From Lama glama (taxonomy: Eukaryota): DNA of 64,000 nucleotides. The translations under genes and the position numbers were made by a program. The notes under the pieces were generated by a model. That model made no database searches. It was not told the DNA's origin and saw only the letters and a list, made by a program, of their open reading frames with translations. Where the stretch lies: NCBI GenBank assembly GCA_028534125.1, contig CM052817.1:68016001-68080000 (forward strand), read 5' to 3'. Positions 1 through 13,200 of this stretch are shown in pieces. Numbering within the stretch: position 1 is the first letter of the stretch; each line of letters starts with the position of its first letter.

Positions 1-30
1 GAAAAATAAAGAAAGGTTCATAGAAATTTC
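1..30 (-). other. Possible polypyrimidine tract of the PPA2 exon 11 acceptor (exon just outside the window)
   Basis: Minus strand ends ...cctttctttatttttc, and I found no exon-11-like sequence in 1-15778; inference only. Confidence 0.35.
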
Positions 31-690
31 ACAGAGTAAAATAAAAGCAAGCTTGAGAAAAACCGATCTTCGACAGCCCACCTCTTTGATTTTTCATTTC
101 CATGGAAACTGGCTGTGGGTGTTTGCCTAAAATTTCATCCATGGGTCATTTTTGGCTTCCTAATTTGTTTGGGGCACTTTTAACAATGATTCATTCTATT
201 TTTTCGCAGGATTTTTCCTCTATAAGTAGATAGTATAAAATCTATTCAAGTTAATCATTCTGTGGGAATGGGGTGGCGAAGATCAGATTAGCTAGTCCAG
301 AAGATATTCTGAAACAATCATGAAATAGCCACTCACTGAAATATAACTGTCAGCATCATAATATGATGACTATGGAGCAATGTAGAAAGATGCTTATAAT
401 AAAAGTTAAAGTTCAGAGTCACATATTTAGGATTATAACTATGTAAGATCATATACTATGGAGACAGCTGGGATTACCTGTGCTGTAGTGAGCAAGGCTC
501 ACTCACTAACAGGGCAGCATCTGAGCACCACTGACTGCTGGGAGGAGGGGAGCCAACTACGAGGTGTGAATTGTGCCACAAGACACCCAGCAGACATGGC
601 TTCTCTCTGCCAACTCTCAGGAGACTAATATGCCACATGCCATAAACCATTAATCTATTCTTTGATAATTCAGCTTAATATTTACAACCA

Positions 691-917
691 CAGTTAACCC
701 TCGAACAACGGGGTTAGGCGAGCTGACCCTCCCTGCAGTCAAAACTCTGTGTATAACGTAGAGTTGTCCCACTCTGTATATGTGGTTCCTCTTTATCTGC
801 ACTTGGCATCCCTGGATCAAACTGAGTAGTGCAGATCATGCAGCATTTACTACGAAAAGAAATCTGCACGTAAGTGGACCTGCGCAGCTCAAACCCATGT
901 TGTTGAAGGGTCAACTG
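691..917. mobile_element. TcMar-Tigger MITE (MER8/Tigger2a-like)
   Basis: Terminal inverted repeats (TIRs) cagttaaccctcgaacaac ... gttgttgaagggtcaactg followed by TA. Confidence 0.8.
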
Positions 918-1094
918 TACTGAAACAATGGTTGTTCTCTATTTTATTTTATATCTTTCACTAAGTTTTATTATTTTTTCATAACTTATATCAAGCCACC
1001 AATACCTGAAATTAAAAATAGATTCTCTCCTTAACATTCTTTGATGTCCCTCATAGAGGCTCAGACTTTCCCAGAGACTTCTCAACTGAATATT

Positions 1095-1385
1095 ACTATT
1101 TCGCTTGGGCTAATCACTTAAACTCTGTGCCTGTTTCCTCATCTGTAAATCAGGCAAGCTCTGAGCTTTGCCTATTTCACAAGGTGGCTGAAGGGGGAAG
1201 CAGTATGCATAGCAGGGTGAAATTCTGGCTCTGAAACTCAGTAGCTCTGTGCCCTTGGGCAAGTTATAGAGGTTCTTGGAGCCTCAATGTGAAGTGGGCA
1301 GTCTCTACCTTATATGCATACATGACATCTAAAACAGCACCCAGTGTACAACAGATGCTCAAGAAATGGTAGCTATTATTATAGC
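1095..1385 (+). mobile_element. MIR SINE fragments
   Basis: Core motifs tcacttaaactctgtgcctgtttcctcatctgtaaa and tgtgcccttgggcaagtta; tail gctcaagaaatggtagctattatt. Confidence 0.65.
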
Positions 1386-1544
1386 AGTGCTTTGTAAACC
1401 ACAAAATATAACTGTAAATGCAATGTGTTCATAATGATAATAGAAATAAAAAGGGAGAAAAATATAGGAACAGACTGGCAGTAGAACAGCACCGGAGTCT
1501 AAAACATACAAGATATGCTTGGAGAGGAGTAATATGACATGTGG

Positions 1545-2120
1545 AAATCACAGGGTCTGATTTTTATTCTCAAAACTATGAAAAGCCATTGAAGGCATTT
1601 TGAGAAAAACACGACAAGGCAACATCTATGCTTTAGGAAAATGACTGTTTGGAAATACAGAGGATGATATGGAGGAAGAAAAGCCAGAGGCAGGGCAGCA
1701 ACTTGGCTAGGAGACAAGAGGCATGAAATTGAGCCAGAGCAATGGAATGAGGCAGACAGCAGGAGCTGGGAGGAAAGAAGGAGGGCTCGGAGGCTGTCAT
1801 GAGAATCCCAGAGAAGTAAGGGGGAAAACCAGCACCGCACAGGTGTCAAGAACGGAGAGGACAGAGAAACATTTAGATGATCTTCCTGAGTAAAGACAGG
1901 AGAACAGAGGTTCAGTATGATTTCAAGGGCCTGCGTAGGGGGCTAGGAGAATGTTAATTCTATTGTCCAAGAACAAGGGAAGATAACGAATTCAGTTTTG
2001 GACAAGAGGGATCAAAGGCATTTAAACAGATGTCCAATAGACAGATCCCAGAAGAGAGACCTGAGCTTCTTACGTAGATTTGGGAACCATCACCATAGAG
2101 ATGAGAAGTAAAATTAAGAG
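1545..2120. mobile_element. L2 LINE fragment
   Basis: tttattctcaaaactatgaaaagccattgaaggcattttgag and gaattcagttttggaca resemble L2 3'-region motifs. Confidence 0.6.
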
Positions 2121-3666
2121 GACTCAAGAATCAAATGGAGTTTAGGACCCCCAAAATAAATGATAGGAAAGAGCCTGAATAAATGTAAACACACTTACAC
2201 AGGACTGAGAAGAGGACTGAGGTTGGCTAAATGAAGTCTCCAGCAGCAGTGGACTTGGAAAGAGATAATATGGTATGAAAATGAGAACAGTAATATCTAC
2301 AAACATCTTACTAACTTACTAAATTAACCACTTTTACATTAACCCATAGAAATAAAAGCTAATAAAATCACTGGGTTCCTTAAGCCATGGAAATTAGAAC
2401 CAGTCAACACTCCATGCTTCTAAATTTCTGCTATGAAATTCAACAAAATCTTCATGTCAATAAATATCCAAAGGAGACTAATTCAAAAATTTCAATGTTT
2501 ATTTATACATCCCATATCCCAAAACGTTTGAAAAAAAAGTTTCAACAAGAAGTTAGCAAATTCTCAGAGATATGCCTGTTTCTAGCACTTGGGGGAGATG
2601 GAGCCTTGGAGTTCTTGGAGTTTGGAATCCTAATGGCAGAACTTCAAATGTTTCAATCACTTGCCAAGGAAGTGCCATACCTGATCTGTGTCTAAAACAG
2701 AGGAAGCAGAGTGTTAGGGGAGGGGTGAAGAGGGAGGGAGGGAGGCAGCATGAGACACATTTAATTTAGACCTTTAGGAAGCACTTAGGCAGATAAAAAC
2801 AATCAGAACTAGTAGGACACGTTTCTCTACTTAAAGCTACTCACCTTTAAACTCCTGTCCAACAGTCTTTCATTTGGCCTCAGGCTTTGTAATAAAACTA
2901 CAATAAAATTTCTAGAGACTTCCCACTTCATTTCCTACATCTTTCTGGGTCATTTTAGCCTTTATTGAATAATATTGAAGTTAGTGCCCTAGTTATAGTA
3001 TGAAATGTCCAGGGAAACTGTACTGCAAAATTTGACCGCCTATCAAATACCAAAATGGGATAGTATTGCAAAGGAACTATGTTAGTTTCCCATATAAGGA
3101 ATACGGCTTGCTTTCCCATGAAATCATATCTATAGATCTGCTCCTTTCTAAACATCTTAGAACTTGACTCACAGCAAACAGTTCTCATTTTCCCTCCAAA
3201 CTTACACGTTGAGTATTCTAATGTTTTACATTTAAACCAAAAGTCAAAAGCCTTGCAATATTCTTTAAGACAAATGATATGTGCATATGCCTGTATTTAG
3301 AAATTTTTACCACAGAACATTTTTCCTTGTTTCTCGAAACAGCTTCAAATAATGGTAATTAAAAATGATATTTTCAATTTTGATTATAAATTTTGATTAT
3401 AAGATCTTCAGTTAAAATGAGTGAGCCATTGAAATGATGAGAGGTAACACAGAAAATCTCCCATATTCAGACATCTGAAGTCTTTTGAAATTTATCAGAA
3501 CTACCTGGAATCTCAGTACCTCACCCAAAGTCACTACACAAACTACTTCCTAGCTTAAAAGTAATAAACATGTTCCTTATTTTCTGAAATTTGGAAATAA
3601 TTGATTTCATTTGAAAATTTTGATGACTATTTAAAAAACTTTTACTTCATTTACATGATTTTAAAA

Positions 3667-3819
3667 AACATTTATTTATTATTGTATCACTTTATTTTAA
3701 ATTGGTAGGGGGAGGCAATTAGGTTTTATTTTATTTTTAGAAGAGGTACTGGGGATTGAATCCAGGACCTCAAGGATGCTAAGTATGTGCACTCTGCCAC
3801 TTGCCTATATCCTCCCCCA
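3667..3819 (-). mobile_element. Camelid tRNA-derived SINE (vic-1 type)
   Basis: tRNA-like head with A/B boxes (ggattcaatcc); acctaattgcctccccc tail; TSD atttacatgattttaaaa (3649-3666) / atttatataattttaaaa (3820-3837). Confidence 0.85.
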
Positions 3820-4296
3820 ATTTATATAATTTTAAAATTAATCTATTATATTTTTTGTGGTCTCCACTACTGTAAATAATAAATTTACATATCCAGCTCC
3901 TCTAGCCATATACCATACCTTCTTCATTACTTCCTTTATTCGGTGAAAATGATGCCTGAAAGATAAGAATTGAGTCTCTGTTATAATGAATGTTTAGATG
4001 GGTAAACTATACCCAGAATGGTTTTTTCCATGAAATTACAGAACAAAGTTTAGACCCAATGGCTCTCCAATCTGAAAAAAGTGAATACTCTTCTTTGCCT
4101 TTTATTATTCTTGCCCATTTTTCAGATAAACAAACCACAGGCTTGGAGTCAAGTTAAAAAAAAAAAAGCATTCTTGAAAATATTTTCTCTCATTAACCCA
4201 TGGGAACTACTGTGAATGTGAAGACAGAGGTTTTCTTTCAGTTGCTTCTTTGGCTAAGATCCTGAGAACAAATACCCAACACACATTCATAGCTAA

Positions 4297-4328
4297 GTGC
4301 ACGTGTGTGCACACACACACACACACAA
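4297..4328. repeat. (GT)/(CA) alternating purine-pyrimidine microsatellite
   Basis: gtgcacgtgtgtgcacacacacacacacaca. Confidence 0.8.
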
Positions 4329-4736
4329 TTATATAATTTATTTAGCTGTCTTCTAGGGTGTTTAATTTTTCTGTTTGTTTTGATGACTGGGCCAAGATTC
4401 TTAGGATAGATATAATCTATGGTAGACAAGTTTGAAAAAAAGGATTTTCTGATACAAGATTTTTTTCCTAAGTAAGAACAATAAATTTTTAAACTTTTAT
4501 TTTTTTTAACATTTTATTGGGAGATCCATTTTCCATAGAAAAGAATGTACACAGCCCAAGAATAACAGACTAAACATTTATGTAACCACCTCCCAAGTCA
4601 AGAAATGGAACATGCCAGGCACATCCCCAATCATAAACTCTTCTCCCCGAGTAGTAACTGCCACCTGGTTTTAAAGCATACTTTTCAGATTTCAAAATTA
4701 ATAATCAACTCTTAATTCTCTGAATCTGCTCTGCCT

Positions 4737-5377
4737 CAGTAGCAAAAATCTGCCTTTGATATTTGAGGTCTGGCGCAAATGTACAAGTGGAGACCCATAT
4801 ACCATATACAAAGTATTAAAAAGTTATAAATCAAGCTAACAAAGTGATGGATAGAATATATAAAGTGGTCCATTCTACTATCTGGATAAATACACCTTTG
4901 TATTGACTGCAAAGCTCTCATTTAGCATTCTAGACACCTCAGAGACTGCCAGAACATGGCAAAGTAAGAAGAGGCACATGGCTCTCATCCTGCCCCACTT
5001 CTCCTGCTACCCCAGGCTCCATCTGTGTTGAGGGCCTCCCCTGCACAAGGGCAGAAATTTCTAGCTCACACATCTATGCATGCCTTATGTCCAAACAGCC
5101 ACCACAGGCCCCTGCAGAAGTCATGGTGAGCACAGGGTCCACCTAATCATGAGCATGGACTTGGGGAGAATCCTGCACAGGCCCTGGAAACAGGCTTGCA
5201 GCTATTTGGGTAAGGAATTTCAGGGACTGGAGTAGCTAAAAGGTTGTCTAGGACTGGGGGCTCAACACACAGCTTTGGTTCCTTGGTCTTGCCCTGTGGG
5301 GAAGGAATGACTGGATGAGGGTCAAAAAGAAGGACCCAAAGCAGCACCCTCCTTGCTTAGGTCTAAGGTCAGTACTG
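4737..5377. mobile_element. Old hAT DNA transposon (MER115/Zaphod-like)
   Basis: cagta...tactg ends; ttaggtctaaggtcagtactg terminus resembles the recalled hAT-Tip100 consensus. Confidence 0.5.
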
Positions 5378-5434
5378 AATAAGAATAACTTGGCAGGAAA
5401 ATTTAAATTCTAGCAATACTAAAATATCCTCCAT

Positions 5435-5760
5435 AATAGTTAATGTGTCAACCTGGAGGATGGTTTTGGCTAAGACTAATACTTACATTGGCAAACTATT
5501 GGTAAAGCAGATTGCCCTCCATAATATGGGTGGGCCACATTCAATCAGTTGAAGGCCTGACTAGAACAAAAAGACCAGTCTCCCTAAGCAAGAAGGAATT
5601 CTCCAGCAGACTGCCTTTGGACTGCCTTTGCATCATTGGCTTTTTTTGGGTCTCCAGCCTGCTGACCTATTCTGCAGATTTTGGAAGCACTAAGCTAACA
5701 ATCTCTTCATATATATCTTCTATTAATTGTTTCTCTGAAGAATGCTGGCTAAAACATTGC
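5435..5760 (+). mobile_element. ERVL solo LTR (MLT2-like)
   Basis: gtaaagcagattgccctccataatatgggtgggccacattcaatcagttgaaggcctg is an MLT2 hallmark. Confidence 0.8.
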
Positions 5761-5934
5761 CCTGAATCATAAATAGATTAAGGCTATTATTTCTTCTATT
5801 CTTTAAGAAAAAGGCTAATCAAATATGCTTTGTTTTATTTTCTACCATACAAAAGGATGTTGTAACTGTGTAAATAAAGAAGATTTCTGTACAAATTGTA
5901 TGTGGAACATCTTTGAGATTTTCCAAGTACTTCA

Positions 5935-5971
5935 AAAACAAACAAACAAACAAACAAAAACAAACAAAAAA
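5935..5971 (+). repeat. (AAAC)n simple repeat
   Basis: Read directly. Confidence 0.85.
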
Positions 5972-7369
5972 CCAAGAAAATCCTATTCAGCTTCCTAGCA
6001 CAGAGAAAATGCTTAACCATGGTTGGTTCTGAGGACAGTAGGACTTAAATAAACCTGGGTGTGAAAGTAACACTACAACATAAAAATTATACTCATTGAG
6101 ATTAGGCTTTTGGGACTTGATGGCTTTATTTTTCTAAACAGACTATAAAACAGAATCACTTGCATATTCGTTGAAACTGTTATGCTCTTTATTGTGCAGG
6201 ACACCTATTATTACAAAGTCTGTTGGAAAGTCAGCTGTTTGGACTTATTGCTTAAAATTAGCAGCTGCTTCTGCTGGAGCGGTCAAACATTTCAGGGGGA
6301 GAAAATTTCGCATGATATAGAAAATAGAATAATTGAGCAACTTCTCATGAACCTAAAAAGTATTACAGAAAAGAAATGGACAAACTACTCAAGCTAAAAC
6401 ATTCATCACTACAACTATTTTAAAAATTATTCCTAGGATGTTTTTATTTCTTTACTCTTCAAATATTTTTCTTGGTTAGTAAGAGTATATTCACAATGTA
6501 CAAAGCCTTACACAGAAGAAAACAAACATCACAGGTAAGTCTAAGACTCAGAGATATTAACTATTAAAGTTTAGGGGTAAATTTTTTCTTTTTACATTTT
6601 ATCATATTAACATATGCCAAAAGAGAGACCAACATTGAAATTTGAAAATGATGGGTTCATGATACATAACAGCTATTTAACTCTTTGCCTACTGTCATCG
6701 ACTTCCTGATTCTTAAAGACAGAACAAAGAAATGCATGAAGCAGCATCTGAAAGTGACCTCATCCCAAACCCCACTCTCAGGAGTCACCATCTTGACATT
6801 TCACTTACTTCTCCTAATTTCTCCAAGGGGCAGAATGTGGGCACCCCCTACATCTAAGATAAATTCTCCAGGAAACTGTGAGTATTACTTAATACTCGTT
6901 CTAAAAATGTTATCTCCCCTTTCCCACTCCAAAAATACTTGCCATGAATATTCATATCTTTAATTTCTTTCAAACAAATCCAGTGTTCTCATTACCAATG
7001 TATTCCTCTTTTATCAACCAAGAAGGCTTACCCATTTACAAACTGTATTTTAAATGAATAAGAACTATTAATACAAATGCCCTGTTCTCCAGATACCCCA
7101 TCAGGTCCTTACAAGCACTTTCACCTGCAGGCTGTATTTGTTCAAATTAACTAACAAACACGATACACTGAACCAGTATAAAATCTTGCTTTACTACTTG
7201 ATATGAGGATTGATGTTCTTTCACTTGATTATAAGGATTAAAAATTAAAGAGAAAAAAGTTCCTGATTTTTCATTCAGGTGCAGCAGGGTTTTAACTGAA
7301 TTAAATTATCTTGTGTATTTTCTGTGCATTATGTTTCCATGGTTCATAATGATTCTCTATATCATTTTT

Positions 7370-7985
7370 TCTTCTTCCAGTTTTACTGAGATATAACTGA
7401 CATACAGCACTGTATAAGTTGAAGCTGTACAGCATAATGATTTGACTTACCTGCATCATGAAATGATGACCACAATATGTTTAGTGAACATCCATCATCC
7501 CATATAGACACAAAATCAAAGAAATACAAAAATATATTTTTCCTTGTGATGAGAGCTTCTAGGATTTACTCTCAAAAACTTTCAAATATAATATACAGCA
7601 ACATTATATTTATCACGCTATACATTATATCCCTAGTACTTATTTATCTTATAACTAGAAGTTTGTACCTTTTGACTGCCTTCATTCAATTCTCCCTCCC
7701 CCTACCTTCTACCTCGGATAACCACAAATCTGTATCTCTCTCTCTCTGTTTTTTTTTTAATTATAAATGCCCCCCACACTATGTTAGCTCCTGGTGCACA
7801 AGAGAGTGGTTTGATATTTCTATACATTACAAAATAATCACCATGATTAGTCCAGTTACCATCTGTCATCATATAAAGATATTATAATAAAATTGACTAT
7901 ATTCCCCTTGCTGTATATTTCATCCCCATGATTCATTTATTTTGTAACCAGAAGTTTGTACCTTTTAATTTCCCTCATCTATTTC
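7370..7985 (-). mobile_element. Two adjacent L1 3'-end fragments
   Basis: ttttactgagatataactgacatacagcac... plus two related agaagtttgtaccttt motifs, each segment starting at a T-rich tail. Confidence 0.75.
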
Positions 7986-8233
7986 TTAATCTCTCTCATC
8001 TATATTCATTTTATTTTCACATTTCTTTTCTGATTTTTGCCTTAGAAATCAACAAAACATGACCAATTCTTAGTTATCCATAAACAAAATATAAGAATAT
8101 ATTAAGTTTATGTAAGTTTAATCTACTTCCTCTTTCTTTCAAGAATGTATACAATTGGCTAGTAGTTAAAAAACACTTTACTTTCATCTCCTTTGTCCAT
8201 CTTTGAGTGGTAATGCAGAGAGAAGATTTTTAA

Positions 8234-8306
8234 AATTTATTTATTTATTTATTTTTATTGAGGTATAGTCAGTTTACAGTGTTGTGTCAATTTCTGGTGT
8301 ACAGCA
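8234..8306 (-). mobile_element. Severely 5'-truncated L1 3' end
   Basis: (ttta)n tail plus ttgaggtatagtcagtttacagtgttgtgtcaatttctggtgtacagc; degenerate TSD agagagaagattttta / agagtgaagctttta. Confidence 0.7.
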
Positions 8307-8844
8307 AGAGTGAAGCTTTTAAGAGGCAAAAAAAGGGAAAAGATGTGGGAGATATAGACTGACTCAAATTAGATCCTGATTTATCAAGAAAATACATTAT
8401 TATAAAAATTTTAATAGTGAACTGCCACAAAGATGTTTATTTACAGAGTCACAAATAAAGCAAATCTGTATGGCATAAATATTGTCGTATGATCTCATTA
8501 GAAAATCACATCCACAGAAAGGTCCAACTGTGAAGGGAAACACAGTCCTCTCTGACGGACAAGTAGCTCCGATAAACTGAGTGCCCACAGAGGGAAGGGT
8601 CTCTGGCCCCAGCAGTCTGCGAGGTCCAGGCAATCCTGGTGATAAAAGGGCATCCCAGCCTGAATCCCAGATACTAAGAGCTTTTGAATCCCTGCGGCTA
8701 CCAGGCTGTGGAGGGTATGAGGTAGGGCTGGGAACTCCTTTAGCAATGAGTCTGGTTCTCTCTCTCAGTCCTACATGCACTGAGTTTGTGTGTGGAACCT
8801 CACCAAGTTCAATCTTTTTTTTTTTCCCCCAATAAAATGACTAT

Positions 8845-11800
8845 AATCACCAAATATTCACCACCGTCCTCAAGTTTCCTCCTGTCCCTGTAAAAGGGAT
8901 TGTAGTCCCTCCTTCCTGGCTCTGTCCTAAACTCTCCAACCAATCATCTGTTTTGTGTCAGTACATGTTAGTGTCTGCATATACTTACATTTTATATAAA
9001 TGGTATGATACAATATGTATGGCATGTCTGCCTTTTTTCACTTAATACTTTCTTTTTTGAAATTTAGACATCTTGTAGCATATATCAATAATTCATTTCT
9101 TTTTATTGCTGAGTATTTCGTCATATGAATATACCACAGTTTGTTTATCCATTCATCTGTTGATGGACATTTGGGTTGTTTTGAATTTTTGTCTATTACA
9201 AATAAAGCTACTATAAACACTTGTATACAAATCTTTTTATGAACTTATACTTCCATTTCTCTTGGGTAAATATCTAGGCTTGGAATGGCTTGAACATATA
9301 GTAGGTATATGTTTAACTCTCCAAGAAAATGCCAAACTAGTTTTACTATTTTGCATTCCAACCAGCAGGGTGTGGGAATTCCAATTCCTCCATATTCTTG
9401 CCAATAATTAGGACAGCCAGTCTTTTAAATTTTCAGCTATTCTAAAAAATGTGTATAGGCAGGTCACTGTGGTTTCCAATTTGTAAATCTGCATTATTTC
9501 CCTAATGACTAGTAAAGTTGAGCATCATCTCTTGTTTTCGATCTATCTTCTTTGGCAAAGTGACCATTCAAATATTTTGCACTTTGTTGGGGGGTGGGGG
9601 ATGTTGTGTTTTTTTATTATTCAATTGTGAGAGTTCTTTATGTTCTGGACACAAGTCCCTTTGTCAGGTATATGATTTTCAAATATTTTCTCACAGTATG
9701 TGGCTTCTTTTCATTCTCAGCTTTTTTTTTTTTTAAGTTATTTGGCGGGGGGGATAGATTAGGTTTATTCATTTTATTTATTTTAATGGAAGTACTGGGA
9801 ATTGAACCTAGGACCTCCTGCATGCTAGGTATGCACTCTACCACTAGCACTATACCCTCCCCCTCCATTCTCTTGAGTGTCGTTTCCAGAAAAAAATTTA
9901 ATTTTGATGAAGTCCACTTATCATTTTAAACACTAGATTGTGTTTTTAGTATAATATCTAAGAAATCTTGCCCAAATAACCCAAGGTCAAAATAGGTTCA
10001 TCATTTTATGTTTTAAATTTTGGTCTAGGATACATTTTAGACAATCATCATACCTAGTGCAAGGTATAGATTAAAGTGGGCTTTTTTCCCATATGGAATA
10101 ACCAACTGCTCAAGGCCTATTTGTTGAAAAGACAATTTTGAAAATCAATTGTCCACATACAAGTAGGTCTATTTCTTGATTTGCTTTCATTGATCTCTTT
10201 CTCTAGTCTCATACCATGACTACACTCTCCTGATTACCATTTTATAAAATGTCTTGAAATCAGGAAGAGTTAATCCAACTTTGTTATTTACAAAGTTACT
10301 GAATCTATTCTGGATCCTTAGTGCTTACATATACGAGTTAGTTAATTTCTACAAAAATGTGTACTACAATTTGATTGATACTGCATTAAATCTATAGGTC
10401 AATTTGAGACTTGATATCATTAACAATCCATGAACATGATATTATCTTTCCCTTTATTTAGTTCTCTGATATCTCCTGGTAATGTTTTATAGTTGGCAGG
10501 GTACAAGTTCTTCACATATATTTTTCTAGATTTATTCCTAAGTGTTTCATATTTTTCATACCATTATAAATAATGTATTAATTTTTAGTTTCCAATTTTT
10601 GTTGCCAGCATATACAAATAGAATTGTTTATTGTATATTGATCTTGTACCCTGCAACCTTGCTAAAATCACTTATTCCAGTAGCTTTTAGGTAGATTTTA
10701 TTGAATATTGAACACTGACATTCATGCCATCTTCTTTTACACTCTGGATGTCTTTTCCTTCTTTTAATGCCTTATCTCATTGGTTAGAACCTTCAGTACA
10801 ATCCGAATAAAAGTTGTGGGAGCCAGCTCAGCCTAGAGTTGTTTACTGCAAGGTTTCTAAGTGCAAATTTAACTCGTTTATGCATATTTCTTTTTCAGTG
10901 AGCTTTGGTAGTTTATGTATTACAAGGAATCTATTTCATCCAAGTTGTCAAATTAACTGGTGTAAAGTTTGTCACAGTATTTCGCTATTGTTCTAATACC
11001 TGTAGAATCAGCAGTGATGTCAGTTGTCTCATTCCTGACATTAAAGATTTGTTTTCTCTCTTTTCTTTCTGATTATTCTGGCTAAAAGGTTTATCAATTT
11101 TCCTCGTCTTCTGAAAGAATCAGCTTTTGGTTTCATTTTCTCTACTGTTTTTTTGGTATACAAATTCTATTATGAAATACTTCTAACATGCAGAAAGTTC
11201 AGAGACTATTATAACAAATATCTACTCTAGATTTTTTTTTAGAATTAACAATGTAAGTTCAGAAACTTTGCAAGCGAAGTCTCTTTTTTCTCCCTACTTA
11301 TCAAAAAATAAAAATCTTATTTATTTTTATTTTTTCTCAGAAATAAATTCTCCTAAGTACCATGCTGACACTGGTGTTTATTGTTCTTATTTATGTTTTT
11401 AAAATGTGAACAACAGATCTATTTGTATTCATTAAAAATACACAGTACTGCTTTGGGTGTTTTAAAATTCACATTGACGATGCGTACTACCTATCCTGCT
11501 GCAAATGCTTTTTTCACTGCATTTTCAGGTTTTATCCATGTAGAGTCTTATAGTTCTAACTCACGTATTTTACCTGCCGTATAGTAGTCCACTGTATAAA
11601 TACACTATAGTTTATTTACCCAGTTTTTTATCGATAGGCATTTGTCCAGTTTCCAATTCTCCCATGTTTGATCACAAAAACACATGAATTAGTGTCTCTA
11701 TAAAATACATAAATATCTAGAAAGGTAATTTCAGAATAGTGGGTTATAAGCATCTTCAACTATACCAGAAATTACTTAACTGCTCTTCAAAGTAGTTGTA

Positions 11801-13200
11801 CTAATTTCTACTCCCATCAAGCATATCAACAAGTATAAGAGGTCTCCTTTCCCCACCTGCTTAAAAACACTTGCAAACATTTGCCTGTCTGATAACTATG
11901 AAATTGTATTCTGTCTTACTTTGATCTCATTGATCTCTAGGGAAATACGGCAAATTTTTACATATTTACTAGATATTTAAATACTCTCTCTTGTGAACTG
12001 TCCATTCATATTGTTTGCCCATTTTTTTCCTTCTGGGTTATCTTTTTCTCATGGATTTGAACAAATTGTTAACCCTTTTGTCATTTATATGCAAATATTT
12101 TCTCCCAATCAATGGCTTATCTTTTAACCTACTTTGTGGTATCTTTAAATGTTTGTAGCTTTAAAAAAAAACCCTTTATTTAAATTTATCAATCTTTTCT
12201 AGGTTATTCCTGGCCCTTTACTATTCCATACACATTTTAGGATCATCTTACCAAGTCAGTGAAAACCCTATTGGTATTCTGATTAAAAATAGGCTGAATT
12301 CATTAATTAATATGGGAGAAATTGTCATTTTCATAATTTAGTATTCTTTTAAACTATTTTAAGTCTATTTGGGTTTTCTGTTTATTCTTGATTTAATATT
12401 GATAATTTACATTTTAAACAAAATTGTCAACTCATCTATGTTTAGAAAAGTATTCTCAAAAGCATCTCAAAAGCGTATCTCCTGTGTATGTAGTAATATC
12501 TTCATTTTAACTGTTGATATTTTTATTTATGACTTCTCTTGTTCACGGTCCTTCCTGTAATAGGTTTGTCTGTATTATTAGTCTTAAAAGAAGAAGCTTC
12601 TGTTTTAATTGATCCTTTACATTATCTCCTTGTTTTGTATTTCATTAAATATTTGCTCTCCTCTTTTTAATTTTTTCTTACAATAAAAAAAGATGGAAAA
12701 AAAAGAGTAATTGTTGAATAGAACATTCAGCCAGCCTCTCAATTTTCTTCCTTCATTTCTGCTGTATACATTTAATTTCTTGCAAAACTATTTTTGCTGC
12801 ACTGTGCAAGTTCTGAAATACAGTAATTTAGTTGTCGCTCAATTCTAAATATTTTATAATTTATTGTAATTCATTTTTTTGAGGCATGACTTATGTAGAA
12901 GTGTTTTTAGTTTCCAAACACATGGGTTAGGGGTTTTTTTCTTTTAATATTTTTACAGTTGATTAGTAACTTTCTTATACTGTAGACAGAGAATGTAGTC
13001 TGCATTACCTCATCTCTTTGGGACTTTTTTCCCAACTCTTTTTGTGGAGCCTAATATATACTCAATTTTTGGAAGTGTACTATAAAAAATGTACTACAAA
13101 AAATTATATATTCTCTAATTATATATGTCTATTAGATTAAGCTTGTAAATTTTGTTCCTATCTTCTCAAAATATTTTCCAAATAATTCTTTACATACAGT
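8845..13200 (-). mobile_element. Cluster of decayed old L1 (L1M-type) fragments
   Basis: ORF 9038..9220 (MFIVALFVIDKNSKQPKCPSTDEWINKLWYIH) is L1 ORF2 C-terminus; further T-rich L1 body and 3' segments follow. Confidence 0.85.
9719..9865 (-). mobile_element. Camelid vic-1-type SINE nested in L1
   Basis: Reverse complement ggggagggtatagtgctagtggtagagtgcatacctagcatgcaggaggtcctaggttcaattcccagtac; poly(A); TSD cattctc (9712-9718 / 9866-9872). Confidence 0.88.

Noticed and set aside
6530..6542. Perfect plus-strand donor CAG|GTAAGT suggesting an antisense exon
   Set aside because: No matching acceptor or other evidence; a single 9-mer is weak support in 64 kb
7477..7887. 136-aa hydrophobic ORF
   Set aside because: Antisense reading of T-rich L1 3' fragments
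8400..8835. Three overlapping ORFs (82-126 aa) in a GC-richer patch
   Set aside because: No recognisable protein similarity or splice context; expected by chance where stop codons are scarce
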